This document shows positions 36,402 to 46,736 of a DNA stretch of 64,000 nucleotides, one piece after another. Source of the DNA: Bacilli bacterium (lineage in GTDB: Bacteria; Bacillota_I; Bacilli_A; ML615J-28; CAG-313); the NCBI GenBank assembly GCA_017409905.1, contig JAFQRV010000034.1:8277-72276 (forward strand). The letters run 5' to 3'. The notes under the pieces were generated by a model. The model searched no databases. It was not told the origin of the DNA and saw only the letters and a list, made by a program, of their open reading frames with translations. How positions within the stretch are numbered: the first letter of the stretch is position 1; each line of letters opens with the position of its first letter. Both the position numbers and the translations under genes were made by a program.

Positions 36402-38675
36402 TTATTCAGTATAGCCCCAAATAAAGCGATGATAAGTTTCTTTATCAATAAACCATCCGCTTGGTTTAGACTCTGCTTCACAATAAAAAACTGTTTTTTC
36501 AAAAATACGTACACTTAGTTTTTCAACACTTTTTGGAATTATTAAACAACGTAATTTATCACAACTGTCGAATGCATATTCGCCAATTGATGTTACATTT
36601 TTTGGGATATTAATAAGATATAAATTTGTACAACCAGAAAATGCTCCAGAGCTTATTTCCTTTAGAGAATCTGGTAGATATACTTTTTCTAAATTAATTG
36701 CATTTTCAAATGCATAAGGAGCTATCTTCTCAACTGTTTCTGGAGCAACATATACTTTTTCTTTATTATTTATATTATACTTTAATATAACAGTTTTTTT
36801 ACTATCATATAACACACCATCTTCGATAATAAAATTTAAATTTCCTTCTTCTATTTTAAATTGAACTTTTAAACGACAAGCGAATGTATATTCACCAATT
36901 TCATCAAGTGCTTTTGGTAATGTAACTTCTTTTAAACTTAAACAATGATTGAATACGTAATTACCAATTGATGTAACAGTAGATGGAATTTTTATTTCTA
37001 CAAGTTTTACACATGCCATAAATGCTTCATCACCAATTATTTTTAATGTGTTTGGCAATAATAGGTTTTCTAAACTTTCACATAAAGCAAAAGCTCCATA
37101 TTTAATTTCTTCTAAATTCTTCGGCAATTTTATAGTTGTTAATTTATAACAACCAAGTAGTACATATTCATCAAGAATTTTTATATTATCTGGTATTTCT
37201 ATTTTTTCTAATCCTCGACAATACATAAAAGCTAATTTTTCGATTTTTTGTAAAGAACTAGGAAGTATAAGTTTTAGGATGTTACTAGAACCTGTAAAAG
37301 CCCCCACACCTATTTCTTCAAGTCCTTCATTAAAATTAACTTCATCTAATAATTTAACATATTCAAAAGCATACTTATTAATTTTTCTTAAACTTTTTGG
37401 AAAATTTATTTTTTGAAGATAACGATGTTCATAAAAAGCATATGGTCCTATTTCTACAACACCATCTGGAATAATAAACTTTTCTTGGGTATTATTATAG
37501 TTATAATGAATTAATTTTTTTCCATCATATGTATAAACACTACCATCAATTAATTTAAAATTTGGATTATTTTTATCAATTTTTAATTCCATCTTTATAC
37601 AATCTCCATCACCAATTGGCATATTGATAACTGAGACATTTTTAGCTACATTAACTTCTGTTAAATAATAACAATTATTAAAGATATCCCTATTAATTGT
37701 TTCTAGACTACTTGGTAAATTAATCTTTTCAAGCTTTGAGAGAGAAAAAGCATATTCTAAAATTTCTTGAATATTATCATGTAAAATTATTTCTGATAAG
37801 TGATATTGTGAAAAAGATCTTTTACCTAAAACTTCTACATTTTCAGGAACTACAAATGGCTCATTTCCTTTATTATAAGGATAATAAATTAATATCTTAA
37901 GATCTTTTGAATAAAGAACTCCATCAACACTTTGATAATTTGGATTGTTTTCATCTACAATGATCCATCCTGATACATCATTGATTGAAACCGGGTCAAT
38001 ATATTCTATTGATTCGGGAATTATAAGTTTTTTTACTCCCCATCCCATTTCTCTAATTTCTTTTACAGGTAACCCTAAATACTTAGATGGGATTTCTACA
38101 ATTTCAATTTTATAATCATAGATAGTATGTCTTTCAATACCTGTTGCGATATAATATGTACCATCATCACTTAAAGTATATTTTATATCATAAGTTTTTC
38201 CAATATATTGAGGATATATGGTAGATAATCTTCCACAATATACACATATTTTATCTTCATAAACATGTTCATGATCAAATTCGATTTGTTCTTCTTCTAA
38301 ACAAGCACAAACTCCTTGATAAAAATGATGTTCATGATATGATAAATCATCAGGATTACTTATTCCACATTCACAGTAACCATCGATATATTGGTGTTTA
38401 TGTTTTGATTCATTTGAAATAGTATTGCCACATTCACAGTAACCATCGACGTATTGACATCTATGTTCTGAACCTATTACTTCTACTATTTTTCCACAAG
38501 AACATATTCCATCAATAAAATTATGAACATGAGGATATTTATAGAGAGGTTCTTTTTCTCCACAAGAACATATACCATCTACATATTCATGTTTATGTGA
38601 ACTTCCTGTTCCTTCACAACCTACAAAGAAAAATATTAACATTATAAATGAAATTATACAAATTATTTTTTTCAT
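36402..38675 (-). CDS. Lipoprotein with six His/Cys-rich repeats and a BspA-type LRR (LRR_5) region
   Basis: Lipobox FVGC; six repeats resembling HxHxYxDGxCxCG; IPxxVxxIGxxAF repeats; N.NY.S.DGVLY.KD inserts. Confidence 0.9.
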   Translation of the reverse strand: MKKIICIISFIMLIFFFVGCEGTGSSHKHEYVDGICSCGEKEPLYKYPHVHNFIDGICSCGKIVEVIGSEHRCQYVDGYCECGNTISNESKHKHQYIDGYCECGISNPDDLSYHEHHFYQGVCACLEEEQIEFDHEHVYEDKICVYCGRLSTIYPQYIGKTYDIKYTLSDDGTYYIATGIERHTIYDYKIEIVEIPSKYLGLPVKEIREMGWGVKKLIIPESIEYIDPVSINDVSGWIIVDENNPNYQSVDGVLYSKDLKILIYYPYNKGNEPFVVPENVEVLGKRSFSQYHLSEIILHDNIQEILEYAFSLSKLEKINLPSSLETINRDIFNNCYYLTEVNVAKNVSVINMPIGDGDCIKMELKIDKNNPNFKLIDGSVYTYDGKKLIHYNYNNTQEKFIIPDGVVEIGPYAFYEHRYLQKINFPKSLRKINKYAFEYVKLLDEVNFNEGLEEIGVGAFTGSSNILKLILPSSLQKIEKLAFMYCRGLEKIEIPDNIKILDEYVLLGCYKLTTIKLPKNLEEIKYGAFALCESLENLLLPNTLKIIGDEAFMACVKLVEIKIPSTVTSIGNYVFNHCLSLKEVTLPKALDEIGEYTFACRLKVQFKIEEGNLNFIIEDGVLYDSKKTVILKYNINNKEKVYVAPETVEKIAPYAFENAINLEKVYLPDSLKEISSGAFSGCTNLYLINIPKNVTSIGEYAFDSCDKLRCLIIPKSVEKLSVRIFEKTVFYCEAESKPSGWFIDKETYHRFIWGYTE

Positions 38676-38712
38676 AAAGTACCTCTTTCATCAATAGTAT
38701 ATCACTTTTATA

Positions 38713-38750
38713 TAAAAACAGGTAAATTATTATAAATTTACCTGTTTTTA
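38713..38750. terminator. Terminator of the pot operon (symmetrical, possibly bidirectional)
   Basis: 16-bp IR TAAAAACAGGTAAATT / AATTTACCTGTTTTTA. Confidence 0.75.
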
Positions 38751-38761
38751 ATATTTGCCTT

Positions 38762-40252
38762 CTATTTCTTATTTAAACGGCGTTTTCTTGCGAAATATGA
38801 GCGTTTTGAGTAAAGAACTAATAAGATTACTAATATTACAAAAGAAATCAAAGAAACGATTAAAATTAGAGATGCTTTATTAGCTTTTACATTAATCCAC
38901 ATTTGTAATACAGTTTCATTTTGTTCATCAAAGTCTTGCATTACTCCGCATCTATTAAGTGTATCTAAGTCTGGATATTGAGTAGTAAATTGTCTACCCA
39001 TATAAGAATCATCAATTGTAACTATTACCTTATCATCTGTTAAATATTCTTCACTTAATGTTCCTTTAAAGAAATATGTTAAATCTACTTCTGTATAAGT
39101 AGCTTCATCTAAATAAGCAATAGCTTCATCTAATAATTCTTTATTTTCTATAGTAGGATCTTCATCATATAATGCTTGACATTCTTCAACATATAATTCA
39201 TTAGATGCAACACCATACCATTCATCTATTAAGTTATATATTGCATCACCCGCAATACTTGAAGTATAACCTATTTCTTCCATGTTTTGTGCCGCAATTT
39301 CAGGAAGTGATAAGAAATTAATAAACTCTTGAGCTAATTCTTTATCAGCACCTTTTGGCATAACCCAACCATCAAACCAAACATTACCACCTTCATTTGG
39401 CACTGTATATCTTAATTCAATACCAGCTTCTTCTGCTAAGTCAATAGAGTATACTGCATCACCACTCCAAGCTAAGTTCATCGCGATCTTACCAGTTACG
39501 ATATCACCTTTTGCGGAGTCGACTTCTAAACCATATATATTTGATTTAATTTCTCTTAATTTATTAGATACTTTTTCAATATCTTCATCACTTACTCTAT
39601 TAATTACATCTTGAATTAAAGTATTGTATTCTTTAGAAGAGCTATCTACTTTATTTAATTCATCTTTATGAACCATAATTGATGCAACACAATATGCATC
39701 TCTAACAGAGTCTTTTAGTGATGCCATACCTTTAAATTCTGGTTTTAAAAAATCTTCCCAAGATTCAACTGTATAATCTTCTTCATCAACTTTACTTGCA
39801 AGTTCACTTGGATTATATATTAAACCAAGTGTACCCCACATATAACATGCAGCATATTCTGTCCAACCATTTTGTTCAAACAAGTCTAATAAATATGGAG
39901 AACAATTTTCAAAATAAGTATCTAAATTATATTGTTCAAAATCAAACTTTTCAACACGATCTTCTCTTATCATCTTTTGAATCATATAGTCACTTGGACA
40001 ACAAAGATCATAATCTGTTTTACCAGTTCTAATTGTATTATACATTGATTCATTAGTTTCAAATGTATCATAAATATAATCTATTCTTTCACCATGTTTT
40101 TCATAAAAATAATCAACAAAATCATCAAGTACATCCTCATCAATATAATCAACACAATTATATATTTTAATTATTCTAACTTCTTCTTCACCACAACTAC
40201 AAAGAACCGGTAATAATAGTAATAAACATAATACTAAGAAATATCTTTTCAT
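38762..40252 (-). CDS. potD: Spermidine/putrescine ABC transporter substrate-binding lipoprotein with an extra C-terminal TM helix
   Basis: DTFETNESMY, PSDYMIQKM, YMWGTLGLIYN, WSGDA, PNEGGNVWFD. Confidence 0.9.
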   Translation of the reverse strand: MKRYFLVLCLLLLLPVLCSCGEEEVRIIKIYNCVDYIDEDVLDDFVDYFYEKHGERIDYIYDTFETNESMYNTIRTGKTDYDLCCPSDYMIQKMIREDRVEKFDFEQYNLDTYFENCSPYLLDLFEQNGWTEYAACYMWGTLGLIYNPSELASKVDEEDYTVESWEDFLKPEFKGMASLKDSVRDAYCVASIMVHKDELNKVDSSSKEYNTLIQDVINRVSDEDIEKVSNKLREIKSNIYGLEVDSAKGDIVTGKIAMNLAWSGDAVYSIDLAEEAGIELRYTVPNEGGNVWFDGWVMPKGADKELAQEFINFLSLPEIAAQNMEEIGYTSSIAGDAIYNLIDEWYGVASNELYVEECQALYDEDPTIENKELLDEAIAYLDEATYTEVDLTYFFKGTLSEEYLTDDKVIVTIDDSYMGRQFTTQYPDLDTLNRCGVMQDFDEQNETVLQMWINVKANKASLILIVSLISFVILVILLVLYSKRSYFARKRRLNKK

Positions 40253-41070
40253 ATTCTTTTACCTCTTTTATTATCTTTCTTACCACTTGTAAAATTAATA
40301 ACTAATAATACAATTAAAGTAACTACAACAATAATAGCAGTTAAGGCTCTTAATGTTGGCGGAATAGCTCCTCTTTTACTTGTAACACCATATACATAAG
40401 TTGATAATGTTACAAAAGAATTGTTTCTAGTAAATGCTGTAATAATATAATCATCTAAAGATAAAGTAACAGCTAAAATAAAGCCTGATAAGATACCTGG
40501 TAAAATTTGTGGAATAATTATACTTCTTAATGCTTTAGATGGTTTTGCACCTAAATCTAGTGCTGCTTCATATATATTATTATCCATTTGTTTAAGCTTA
40601 GGTAAAATACTTAAAACAACAAAAGGAATAGTTAAAACAACATGACCAATAAGTAAAGTAAAGAAATTAAATTGAATACCAACAAATACAAATAAAATAG
40701 TAAGTGATAAAGCAGTAATTATTTCTGGATTAAGAATTGGAATTTGTCCACCTAATTCATATAATTTACGCATTCTTTTTTTACTATAAAACATTCCAAT
40801 AGCCGCAAATGTTCCAAGAATAGTTGATACAATTGCACTAACAATAGCTATTAATAATGTATTTTTAAAAGCTTGAACTACAACTTCTCCATCTTCACCT
40901 GTAAATAACTCTTTATATAAATTTAAGTTAATTACATCACCATTAAATAATTGTCTAAAATCAATATAATCAAAATCAACAAAACTAAAAATAATTAATA
41001 ATATTATTGGTGCATACATTAATAGAAGCATGAAATAGATGAATACTTTTGCAAAAATCTTTTTTACCAT
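40249..41070 (-). CDS. potC: Spermidine/putrescine ABC transporter permease
   Basis: YAPI, NPEIIT, EAALDLGA, TLSLDDY. Confidence 0.92.
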   Translation of the reverse strand: MVKKIFAKVFIYFMLLLMYAPIILLIIFSFVDFDYIDFRQLFNGDVINLNLYKELFTGEDGEVVVQAFKNTLLIAIVSAIVSTILGTFAAIGMFYSKKRMRKLYELGGQIPILNPEIITALSLTILFVFVGIQFNFFTLLIGHVVLTIPFVVLSILPKLKQMDNNIYEAALDLGAKPSKALRSIIIPQILPGILSGFILAVTLSLDDYIITAFTRNNSFVTLSTYVYGVTSKRGAIPPTLRALTAIIVVVTLIVLLVINFTSGKKDNKRGKRI

Positions 41071-41876
41071 AATCCACCTCTCACATTATCTTCTTTTTCC
41101 ATATTACGTGTAGCTACCATAAATACTAAAATAATTGTTAATAATATCAATGCTACAAAACTACCTAAGTTCCATAAACCTTGATCAAAATATAACTGAA
41201 TAATATTACCAATTAAAGAAATTTGTCTTTCACCCATAACGTCACTTATAACATAACTTGACATTGTTGGCATAAATACCATTGATGCAGCAGACACAAT
41301 TCCAGGAAAAGTCATTGGAATAATAGTTTTTGTAAAAGTTTGTACTTTATTAGCACCTAAATCCATTGATGCTTCGATTAAACTACGATCCATTTTTAAC
41401 ATTGTTGTATATAGTGGAAGAATAGTAAATGGTAAATAGTTATATACCATACCAATCATTGTAGATATATATGGATGATCCCCTCCACTTAAACCTAATG
41501 TAAACAATAAATCTCTAGTTGCAGCTGTTCTTAATACGAAATTAATCCACATTGGCATTACAAATAATAATACAATTATATAGTTAAACTTATATTCTTT
41601 TTTAGCAAGTATAAAAGCAATCGGATAACCTATTAGTAAACAAATAATAGTATTTCCAAGTCCTATTGCTAAACTAATCAAAAAAGTATGTAAATTATAA
41701 CTATTTGAAAAAAATGTAGTTAAATTTTCAAAAGAAAATGTTGTTTTATTTGTAACCGGATCAGTTTTCGAAAAAGCATATACAACTATTAACACCATAG
41801 GTATTACAACAAATAATACTAAAAAGATACCATAGGGAATAGCCAAAAACTTTCTTTGAAACTTAATCTTTGACAT
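41064..41876 (-). CDS. potB: Spermidine/putrescine ABC transporter permease
   Basis: PMWINFVLRT, YNYLPFTILPLY, EASMDLGA. Confidence 0.92.
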   Translation of the reverse strand: MSKIKFQRKFLAIPYGIFLVLFVVIPMVLIVVYAFSKTDPVTNKTTFSFENLTTFFSNSYNLHTFLISLAIGLGNTIICLLIGYPIAFILAKKEYKFNYIIVLLFVMPMWINFVLRTAATRDLLFTLGLSGGDHPYISTMIGMVYNYLPFTILPLYTTMLKMDRSLIEASMDLGANKVQTFTKTIIPMTFPGIVSAASMVFMPTMSSYVISDVMGERQISLIGNIIQLYFDQGLWNLGSFVALILLTIILVFMVATRNMEKEDNVRGGLW

Positions 41877-43380
41877 ATTCTTTAACCTCTGCTTTTAAAG
41901 TTAATTTAATCTTTTTAGGATCAACTTTAATACTAACTTTATCAAATTCATTCCAAGTATATTCAGTATCAATTACGAAATCTTCATCTTCTTCAGTTCT
42001 AACAATAATTTGATAGTGGTCACCTTTATAAATAATTGAAACAATCTCACCAGCTATTGTACCATCTTCAGAATTATCAATTACTTCAATATCTTTTAAA
42101 TCAATTTCAGCGATTACATCAGCATCTGTTAAATCATAACGAACCCCTAGAGAATCAACTAAATAACCTTCATCATCAATGTGACTTCCTGGAATTAATT
42201 GGGTAATATCACATTCAAATGGTTCTTCAGAAATAACAACATTATTATTTTTATCAATCCATGCATCAACATATCTATTTACAGTAAATTCTTTTTCCAT
42301 AATATGAATATTAAATGGATCAATTGAAATAGAAGCAACCCTGTTAATTTCGAAATTATCCGTAGTTTGAATAACAACTTCATTTCTACCAACCATCATA
42401 ATATATTCATAGTGAACACCTTTAAATGTTTTAGAAACAAGTTTACCATCAACCATACCACATCCTGCATCACCCAAAACAATGTCTTCTGGTCTAATAA
42501 CTACATCAACTTTTTTATTATTCTCAAACTCATCAACACATACAAAGTTATGATTTAAAAATCTTACTAATTTATCGCCAACCATTGTTGCAGAATATAT
42601 ATTACTTTCACCAATAAAGTCTGCAACAAAGGCATTTGCTGGTTCATTATAGATATCTTCTGGTGTACCAATTTGTTGTATAACACCATCTTTCATAACC
42701 ACTATTGTATCACTCATTGCAAGTGCTTCTTCTTGGTCATGTGTTACATAGATAAATGTAATACCAAGCTTTTTATGCATTGCTTTTAATTCTTCTTGCA
42801 TTTCTTTACGCATTTTTAAATCTAATGCACCAAGTGGTTCATCAAGTAATAATATTTGTGGTTCATTAACAATAGCTCTCGCAATCGCGATTCGTTGTTG
42901 TTGACCACCTGATAATGTACTTACATCACGCCATTCAAATTCTTCTAAGTCAACAATCTTTAAAGCTTTTTTAACTTTTTCATCTATTTCTTCATTTGTA
43001 TATTTACGATATCTTTCTTTTTCAACACCTTTTTTATCGACATATGTTTCTTTTATTTTCTTTAGCTTTAAACCGAAAGCAATATTATCATAAACATCCA
43101 TATGAGTAAACAATGCATAGCGTTGAAAAACTGTATTAACTGGTCTTTCATATGGTGGAAGTTTAGAAATATCTTCACCATTTAATAAAATAACCCCACT
43201 AGTAGGCATTTCAAAACCCGCAATCAAACGAAGAGTTGTTGTTTTACCACATCCTGATGGACCTAAAAAAGTTACAAATTCACCTTTACGTACATATAAG
43301 TTAAAATTATCTACAGCTAAAGTTCCATCAAATTCTTTACAAATATTTTTTAATTCAATAATTTTATTTTTCTTAGTCAT
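41863..43380 (-). CDS. potA: Spermidine/putrescine ABC transporter ATPase with duplicated C-terminal TOBE-like region
   Basis: GPSGCGKT, VNTVFQRYALF, LSGGQQQRIA, LDEPLGALDLK; internal repeat FKGVHYEY / YKGDHYQI. Confidence 0.93.
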   Translation of the reverse strand: MTKKNKIIELKNICKEFDGTLAVDNFNLYVRKGEFVTFLGPSGCGKTTTLRLIAGFEMPTSGVILLNGEDISKLPPYERPVNTVFQRYALFTHMDVYDNIAFGLKLKKIKETYVDKKGVEKERYRKYTNEEIDEKVKKALKIVDLEEFEWRDVSTLSGGQQQRIAIARAIVNEPQILLLDEPLGALDLKMRKEMQEELKAMHKKLGITFIYVTHDQEEALAMSDTIVVMKDGVIQQIGTPEDIYNEPANAFVADFIGESNIYSATMVGDKLVRFLNHNFVCVDEFENNKKVDVVIRPEDIVLGDAGCGMVDGKLVSKTFKGVHYEYIMMVGRNEVVIQTTDNFEINRVASISIDPFNIHIMEKEFTVNRYVDAWIDKNNNVVISEEPFECDITQLIPGSHIDDEGYLVDSLGVRYDLTDADVIAEIDLKDIEVIDNSEDGTIAGEIVSIIYKGDHYQIIVRTEEDEDFVIDTEYTWNEFDKVSIKVDPKKIKLTLKAEVKEYVKD

Positions 43381-43398
43381 ATTATTTAATATCCTTTA

Positions 43399-43929
43399 CT
43401 AAAAATTAGGTGGGCTTGTAACCCAAATAATTACTGCTTGTTTAGAACCACTATTAATTAAATAATGATTTTTATCAGTAGTAAAATAGAAGGTTTCTCC
43501 TTCCTTGCATATATATTGTTTATTACCATAAACAACTGTTATTTTACCTTTTAACACATAACCAAACTCTTGTCCTTCATGAGGCATATCAATATCTGTA
43601 CTAGCACCTACTTCTAAAGTAAATAATACAGGTTCCATTTCATTTTTTTGACTATTCGGTACTAACCAAGTAATTGATTCTGTTTCTCTTACTTTTTTAA
43701 AATAATCATCTTTTTTATAAATTATTTGTTCTTCATCATCATTAAAGAAATCTTTTAAGTTAACACCAAGAGCTGTTAAAATATCTGTTAAAGTATTAAT
43801 AGATGGACTGGTAAGATCATTTTCTATTTGAGAAATATATCCTTTTGTTAAATCACATCTATCTGCCAATTCATTTTGTGTAAGACTTAATTTAGTCCTT
43901 AGTTCTTTAATTTTACGACCAATACTCAC
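43399..43929 (-). CDS. XRE-HTH/cupin transcriptional regulator of the pot operon (PuuR-like)
   Basis: LTQNELADRCDLTKGYISQIEN; HEGQEFGYVLKG; GTG start with GGAGG. Confidence 0.92.
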   Translation of the reverse strand: MSIGRKIKELRTKLSLTQNELADRCDLTKGYISQIENDLTSPSINTLTDILTALGVNLKDFFNDDEEQIIYKKDDYFKKVRETESITWLVPNSQKNEMEPVLFTLEVGASTDIDMPHEGQEFGYVLKGKITVVYGNKQYICKEGETFYFTTDKNHYLINSGSKQAVIIWVTSPPNF

Positions 43930-43950
43930 TATATTACACCTCCTAGTTAA

Positions 43951-44012
43951 TAAACTTAAAGTTTACTTTTACTAAACATAAATATTATATAATATTTATA
44001 TATAAAACGCAA
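43951..44012 (-). promoter_or_regulatory. pot operon promoter with a downstream palindromic operator candidate
   Basis: TTGCGT (44012-44007), 17-bp spacer, TATAAT (43989-43984); palindrome TAAACTT-A-AAGTTTA at 43951-43965. Confidence 0.6.
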
Positions 44013-44036
44013 GTAAATATATATAGAATTTATAAT

Positions 44037-44073
44037 AAAAAACTCTATATTTAAAATAATAAATATAGAGTTT
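44037..44073 (-). terminator. Intrinsic terminator after the lipoprotein cluster
   Basis: AAACTCTATATTTA / TAAATATAGAGTTT with an A-tract on its left. Confidence 0.7.
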
Positions 44074-44133
44074 AATTTTATATCTTATTTAAGGTTTGCT
44101 AACATTTCTCTTATTATTTCAGCATATTCATCT
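44066..44133. repeat. Direct repeat A, copy 1 (3' end of lipoprotein gene plus downstream flank)
   Basis: 66/68 nt identical to 44959-45026. Confidence 0.95.
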
Positions 44134-44834
44134 TTAATTTTAAATATAATTCTTGCATAATCAATAACGTCGGAAATATCATAATCAATATTTTCTTGGT
44201 AAACATCTTTTATTTGATAATCAATAGAAACTAATTCTTCATTGTATTCATAAATTGGCATATTTAAAAAGTATAGCGAGTCATTTTCTTCAATTGTAAA
44301 AGAAGCAAAACATAATAAATTGATTTTTCCCATTATCTCTCTTTCCAAATAATCAGTAATTTCAAAAAAATTCTCAATTTCTAAATCAATTTGTTTATGT
44401 AGTTTATGTTTTATACCCGTATCGTCGACTTTTTTTAAATAAATACCATTTATACTACATTGACTAAGCTGTGGATACGTAAAATTTGGATGATACCAAC
44501 TTCCACCCCCCTCAATATACACAATTACATCATCAATAGGATAACCATATCCTTTGACGTAAATTTTATACCCTAATGTGGTGTGAGCTGATTCCATTAC
44601 TCCACAATAAACACTTTTTTCCGAAAAATCTTTGAATTCATAATATATTGAAAGTATTCTGAACTCTTCATCATATGTTGATTTTTCAATATATTCAATT
44701 CCATCATATACTACAATACCATTTTCATTCACTATTAATTCATTCAAATCCAAGTTATCAGGATTTGAATCAAAACATGATGTCATTAAAAATAAAGAAT
44801 TAATTAATAAAAAAATATAAAATATTTTTTTCAT
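44085..44834 (-). CDS. Hypothetical lipoprotein, paralog 1 (candidate immunity protein)
   Basis: Lipobox MTSC; shares FTIEEN..L.F....YEY and the C-terminus DEY.EIIREMLANLK with its neighbours. Confidence 0.75.
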   Translation of the reverse strand: MKKIFYIFLLINSLFLMTSCFDSNPDNLDLNELIVNENGIVVYDGIEYIEKSTYDEEFRILSIYYEFKDFSEKSVYCGVMESAHTTLGYKIYVKGYGYPIDDVIVYIEGGGSWYHPNFTYPQLSQCSINGIYLKKVDDTGIKHKLHKQIDLEIENFFEITDYLEREIMGKINLLCFASFTIEENDSLYFLNMPIYEYNEELVSIDYQIKDVYQENIDYDISDVIDYARIIFKIKDEYAEIIREMLANLK

Positions 44835-44883
44835 GAAACAATCTCCTCTCTTAAAATTATTGGTTTAAATTTATCAAAATACT

Positions 44884-44959
44884 TAATAGGATTTAACTTT
44901 CAAACTTCCAGTTTGTGTATAATAAACAATTTCATCATATTCTATTTCAATAGTATCTT
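44884..44959. repeat. Direct repeat B, copy 1 (intergenic copy of an internal fragment of the SGNH lipoprotein gene)
   Basis: 76/76 nt identical to 48326-48401. Confidence 0.95.
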
Positions 44960-45026
44960 AGAGTTTAATTTTATATTTTATTTAAGGTTTGCTAACATTT
45001 CTCTTATTATTTCAACATATTCATCT
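44959..45026. repeat. Direct repeat A, copy 2
   Basis: 66/68 nt identical to 44066-44133. Confidence 0.95.
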
Positions 45027-45901
45027 GAGACTTTACATACGCCATTAAAATCAGGTTCCTGAATATCAAAATCTTTACTACCATCATAAATAACACAATG
45101 TTTTGGACCATTTATGAACGTAATAATCATATCTTCATATTCATACAAACAGCATGGCATAAAGGCAAGATTATTATTTTCTTCGATGGTAAAATATATT
45201 TGGCCTAAATATTTATAATTTTCTTCCTGAATTATTTCCATTTCTTTATTGAATATGAATCTGTCTAATGTAGTTGGAACAAAAACATCATTAACAGAAA
45301 TGTTATATACATCTTTTTTGCTACAAGTTTTTTTAGAAACATCTTCACTAAAGAAATCAAAATATAGTTTTGTTTCCCATAGTTTCATATATTTCATTTC
45401 TTCATAACATTCTACAACAATACCATTAATAGTATTATTATTATATTCAGGGAACATTTCATTAAAATCAAAATATCTATAAACAAATAATGATTTAAAT
45501 TGTTTCGAATATTTTTCTTCAATATCTTTTCTTATAAAAACATCAAAATTTGAAGAAAATATAAATATTGTTTTATCATCATTTTTAAATTTATAGGCTG
45601 GGAAAAAACATAATTTTCCATCAACATATTCAGCCATATATGCATTTAAACTCTCTCTATTACCAACCAAAGTATAATAATTACAAAATGCATAATCAGG
45701 AGTTCCATATTGTTCCTTATCCCAATGATAACAACAAGAATATTCAACATCGTTATAATACAAGGTTGTAATATTTATATCTCCATCTTCTAACTTATAA
45801 TTTAGAATTTCACCATTAGGTTTTTGAACTAGCATAGTACAAGAACTTGCGCTCAATATATAAATAATTAAAAAACATAAAAAATATATTTTCTTAAGCA
45901 T
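44978..45901 (-). CDS. Hypothetical lipoprotein, paralog 2 (candidate immunity protein)
   Basis: Lipobox ASSC; YLGQIYFTIEENNNLAFMPCCLYEY. Confidence 0.75.
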   Translation of the reverse strand: MLKKIYFLCFLIIYILSASSCTMLVQKPNGEILNYKLEDGDINITTLYYNDVEYSCCYHWDKEQYGTPDYAFCNYYTLVGNRESLNAYMAEYVDGKLCFFPAYKFKNDDKTIFIFSSNFDVFIRKDIEEKYSKQFKSLFVYRYFDFNEMFPEYNNNTINGIVVECYEEMKYMKLWETKLYFDFFSEDVSKKTCSKKDVYNISVNDVFVPTTLDRFIFNKEMEIIQEENYKYLGQIYFTIEENNNLAFMPCCLYEYEDMIITFINGPKHCVIYDGSKDFDIQEPDFNGVCKVSDEYVEIIREMLANLK

Positions 45902-46736
45902 TTTTGTTCACCTCTTCTAACATTTCCAAAACCATATCTTTGTAATCAGAGTTGATTTTAAAGAAACATTGGGAACCACTACTATTCAACTGTTCGTATA
46001 ATGTTGAATTTATTAATTCACATTCAAAATTTACTAATAGATTATCATTGTTTAAATAGATAGTACATGGTAAGAATGCTAAATGTTCAAAATATTTAAC
46101 CTTAAAGTGCAACTGACCAACATAATGCATCGGCTCAATTTTTAGTTTTTTCCAGTCATATATAATATTAGTCGGAGTAAATACATCACAAATATCTATA
46201 ATATCACTGTCACATTCTTTTTCAACATAATTTACATTTCCAATTTCAACATCTTCTTGATAACAATATAATTCATTAGTCTTATTTTTTTCAAGTTCAG
46301 AAACGCCCACACATACCCCAATTATATTAGTAAAATCAAGAGGATTAGGATATTTGAAATCTTCAGAAAATAATTCAACAATGTATCCATTATTCACTAT
46401 AAATAATATATTGGCTTTTTGATCATTTTTCATTTTATAAACATCATAAAGCACGGCATTATTCCAACTGAATCCATTATAATCATATACCTTTATATCA
46501 AGCATTTCTTTTTCTCCAAATATTTTAAAATGTTGATAAAATTTATATATATATTCACTTGTCAATCCACAAAAATTCCAATCTGGAATATAATCTTCAT
46601 ACAAATAATATGTTAATCCTTTATATTCCAAATCCATAACTCTATTGTTTTCCGCTACTATAACATCAGTAGCATTACACGAGACTAAAAATGGTATAAA
46701 AAACATCAATAAATTAATAAACATTATTTTCTTCAT
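45894..46736 (-). CDS. Hypothetical lipoprotein, paralog 3 (candidate immunity protein)
   Basis: Lipobox LVSC; YVGQLHFKVKYFEHLAFLPCTIY; DVFTPT versus DVFVPT in paralog 2. Confidence 0.75.
   Translation of the reverse strand: MKKIMFINLLMFFIPFLVSCNATDVIVAENNRVMDLEYKGLTYYLYEDYIPDWNFCGLTSEYIYKFYQHFKIFGEKEMLDIKVYDYNGFSWNNAVLYDVYKMKNDQKANILFIVNNGYIVELFSEDFKYPNPLDFTNIIGVCVGVSELEKNKTNELYCYQEDVEIGNVNYVEKECDSDIIDICDVFTPTNIIYDWKKLKIEPMHYVGQLHFKVKYFEHLAFLPCTIYLNNDNLLVNFECELINSTLYEQLNSSGSQCFFKINSDYKDMVLEMLEEVNKNA

Noticed and set aside
44066-45026. Repeats as a CRISPR array, integron attC sites or IS ends
   Set aside because: Only two copies, mostly coding sequence, no regular spacers, and no cas, integrase or transposase gene seen.
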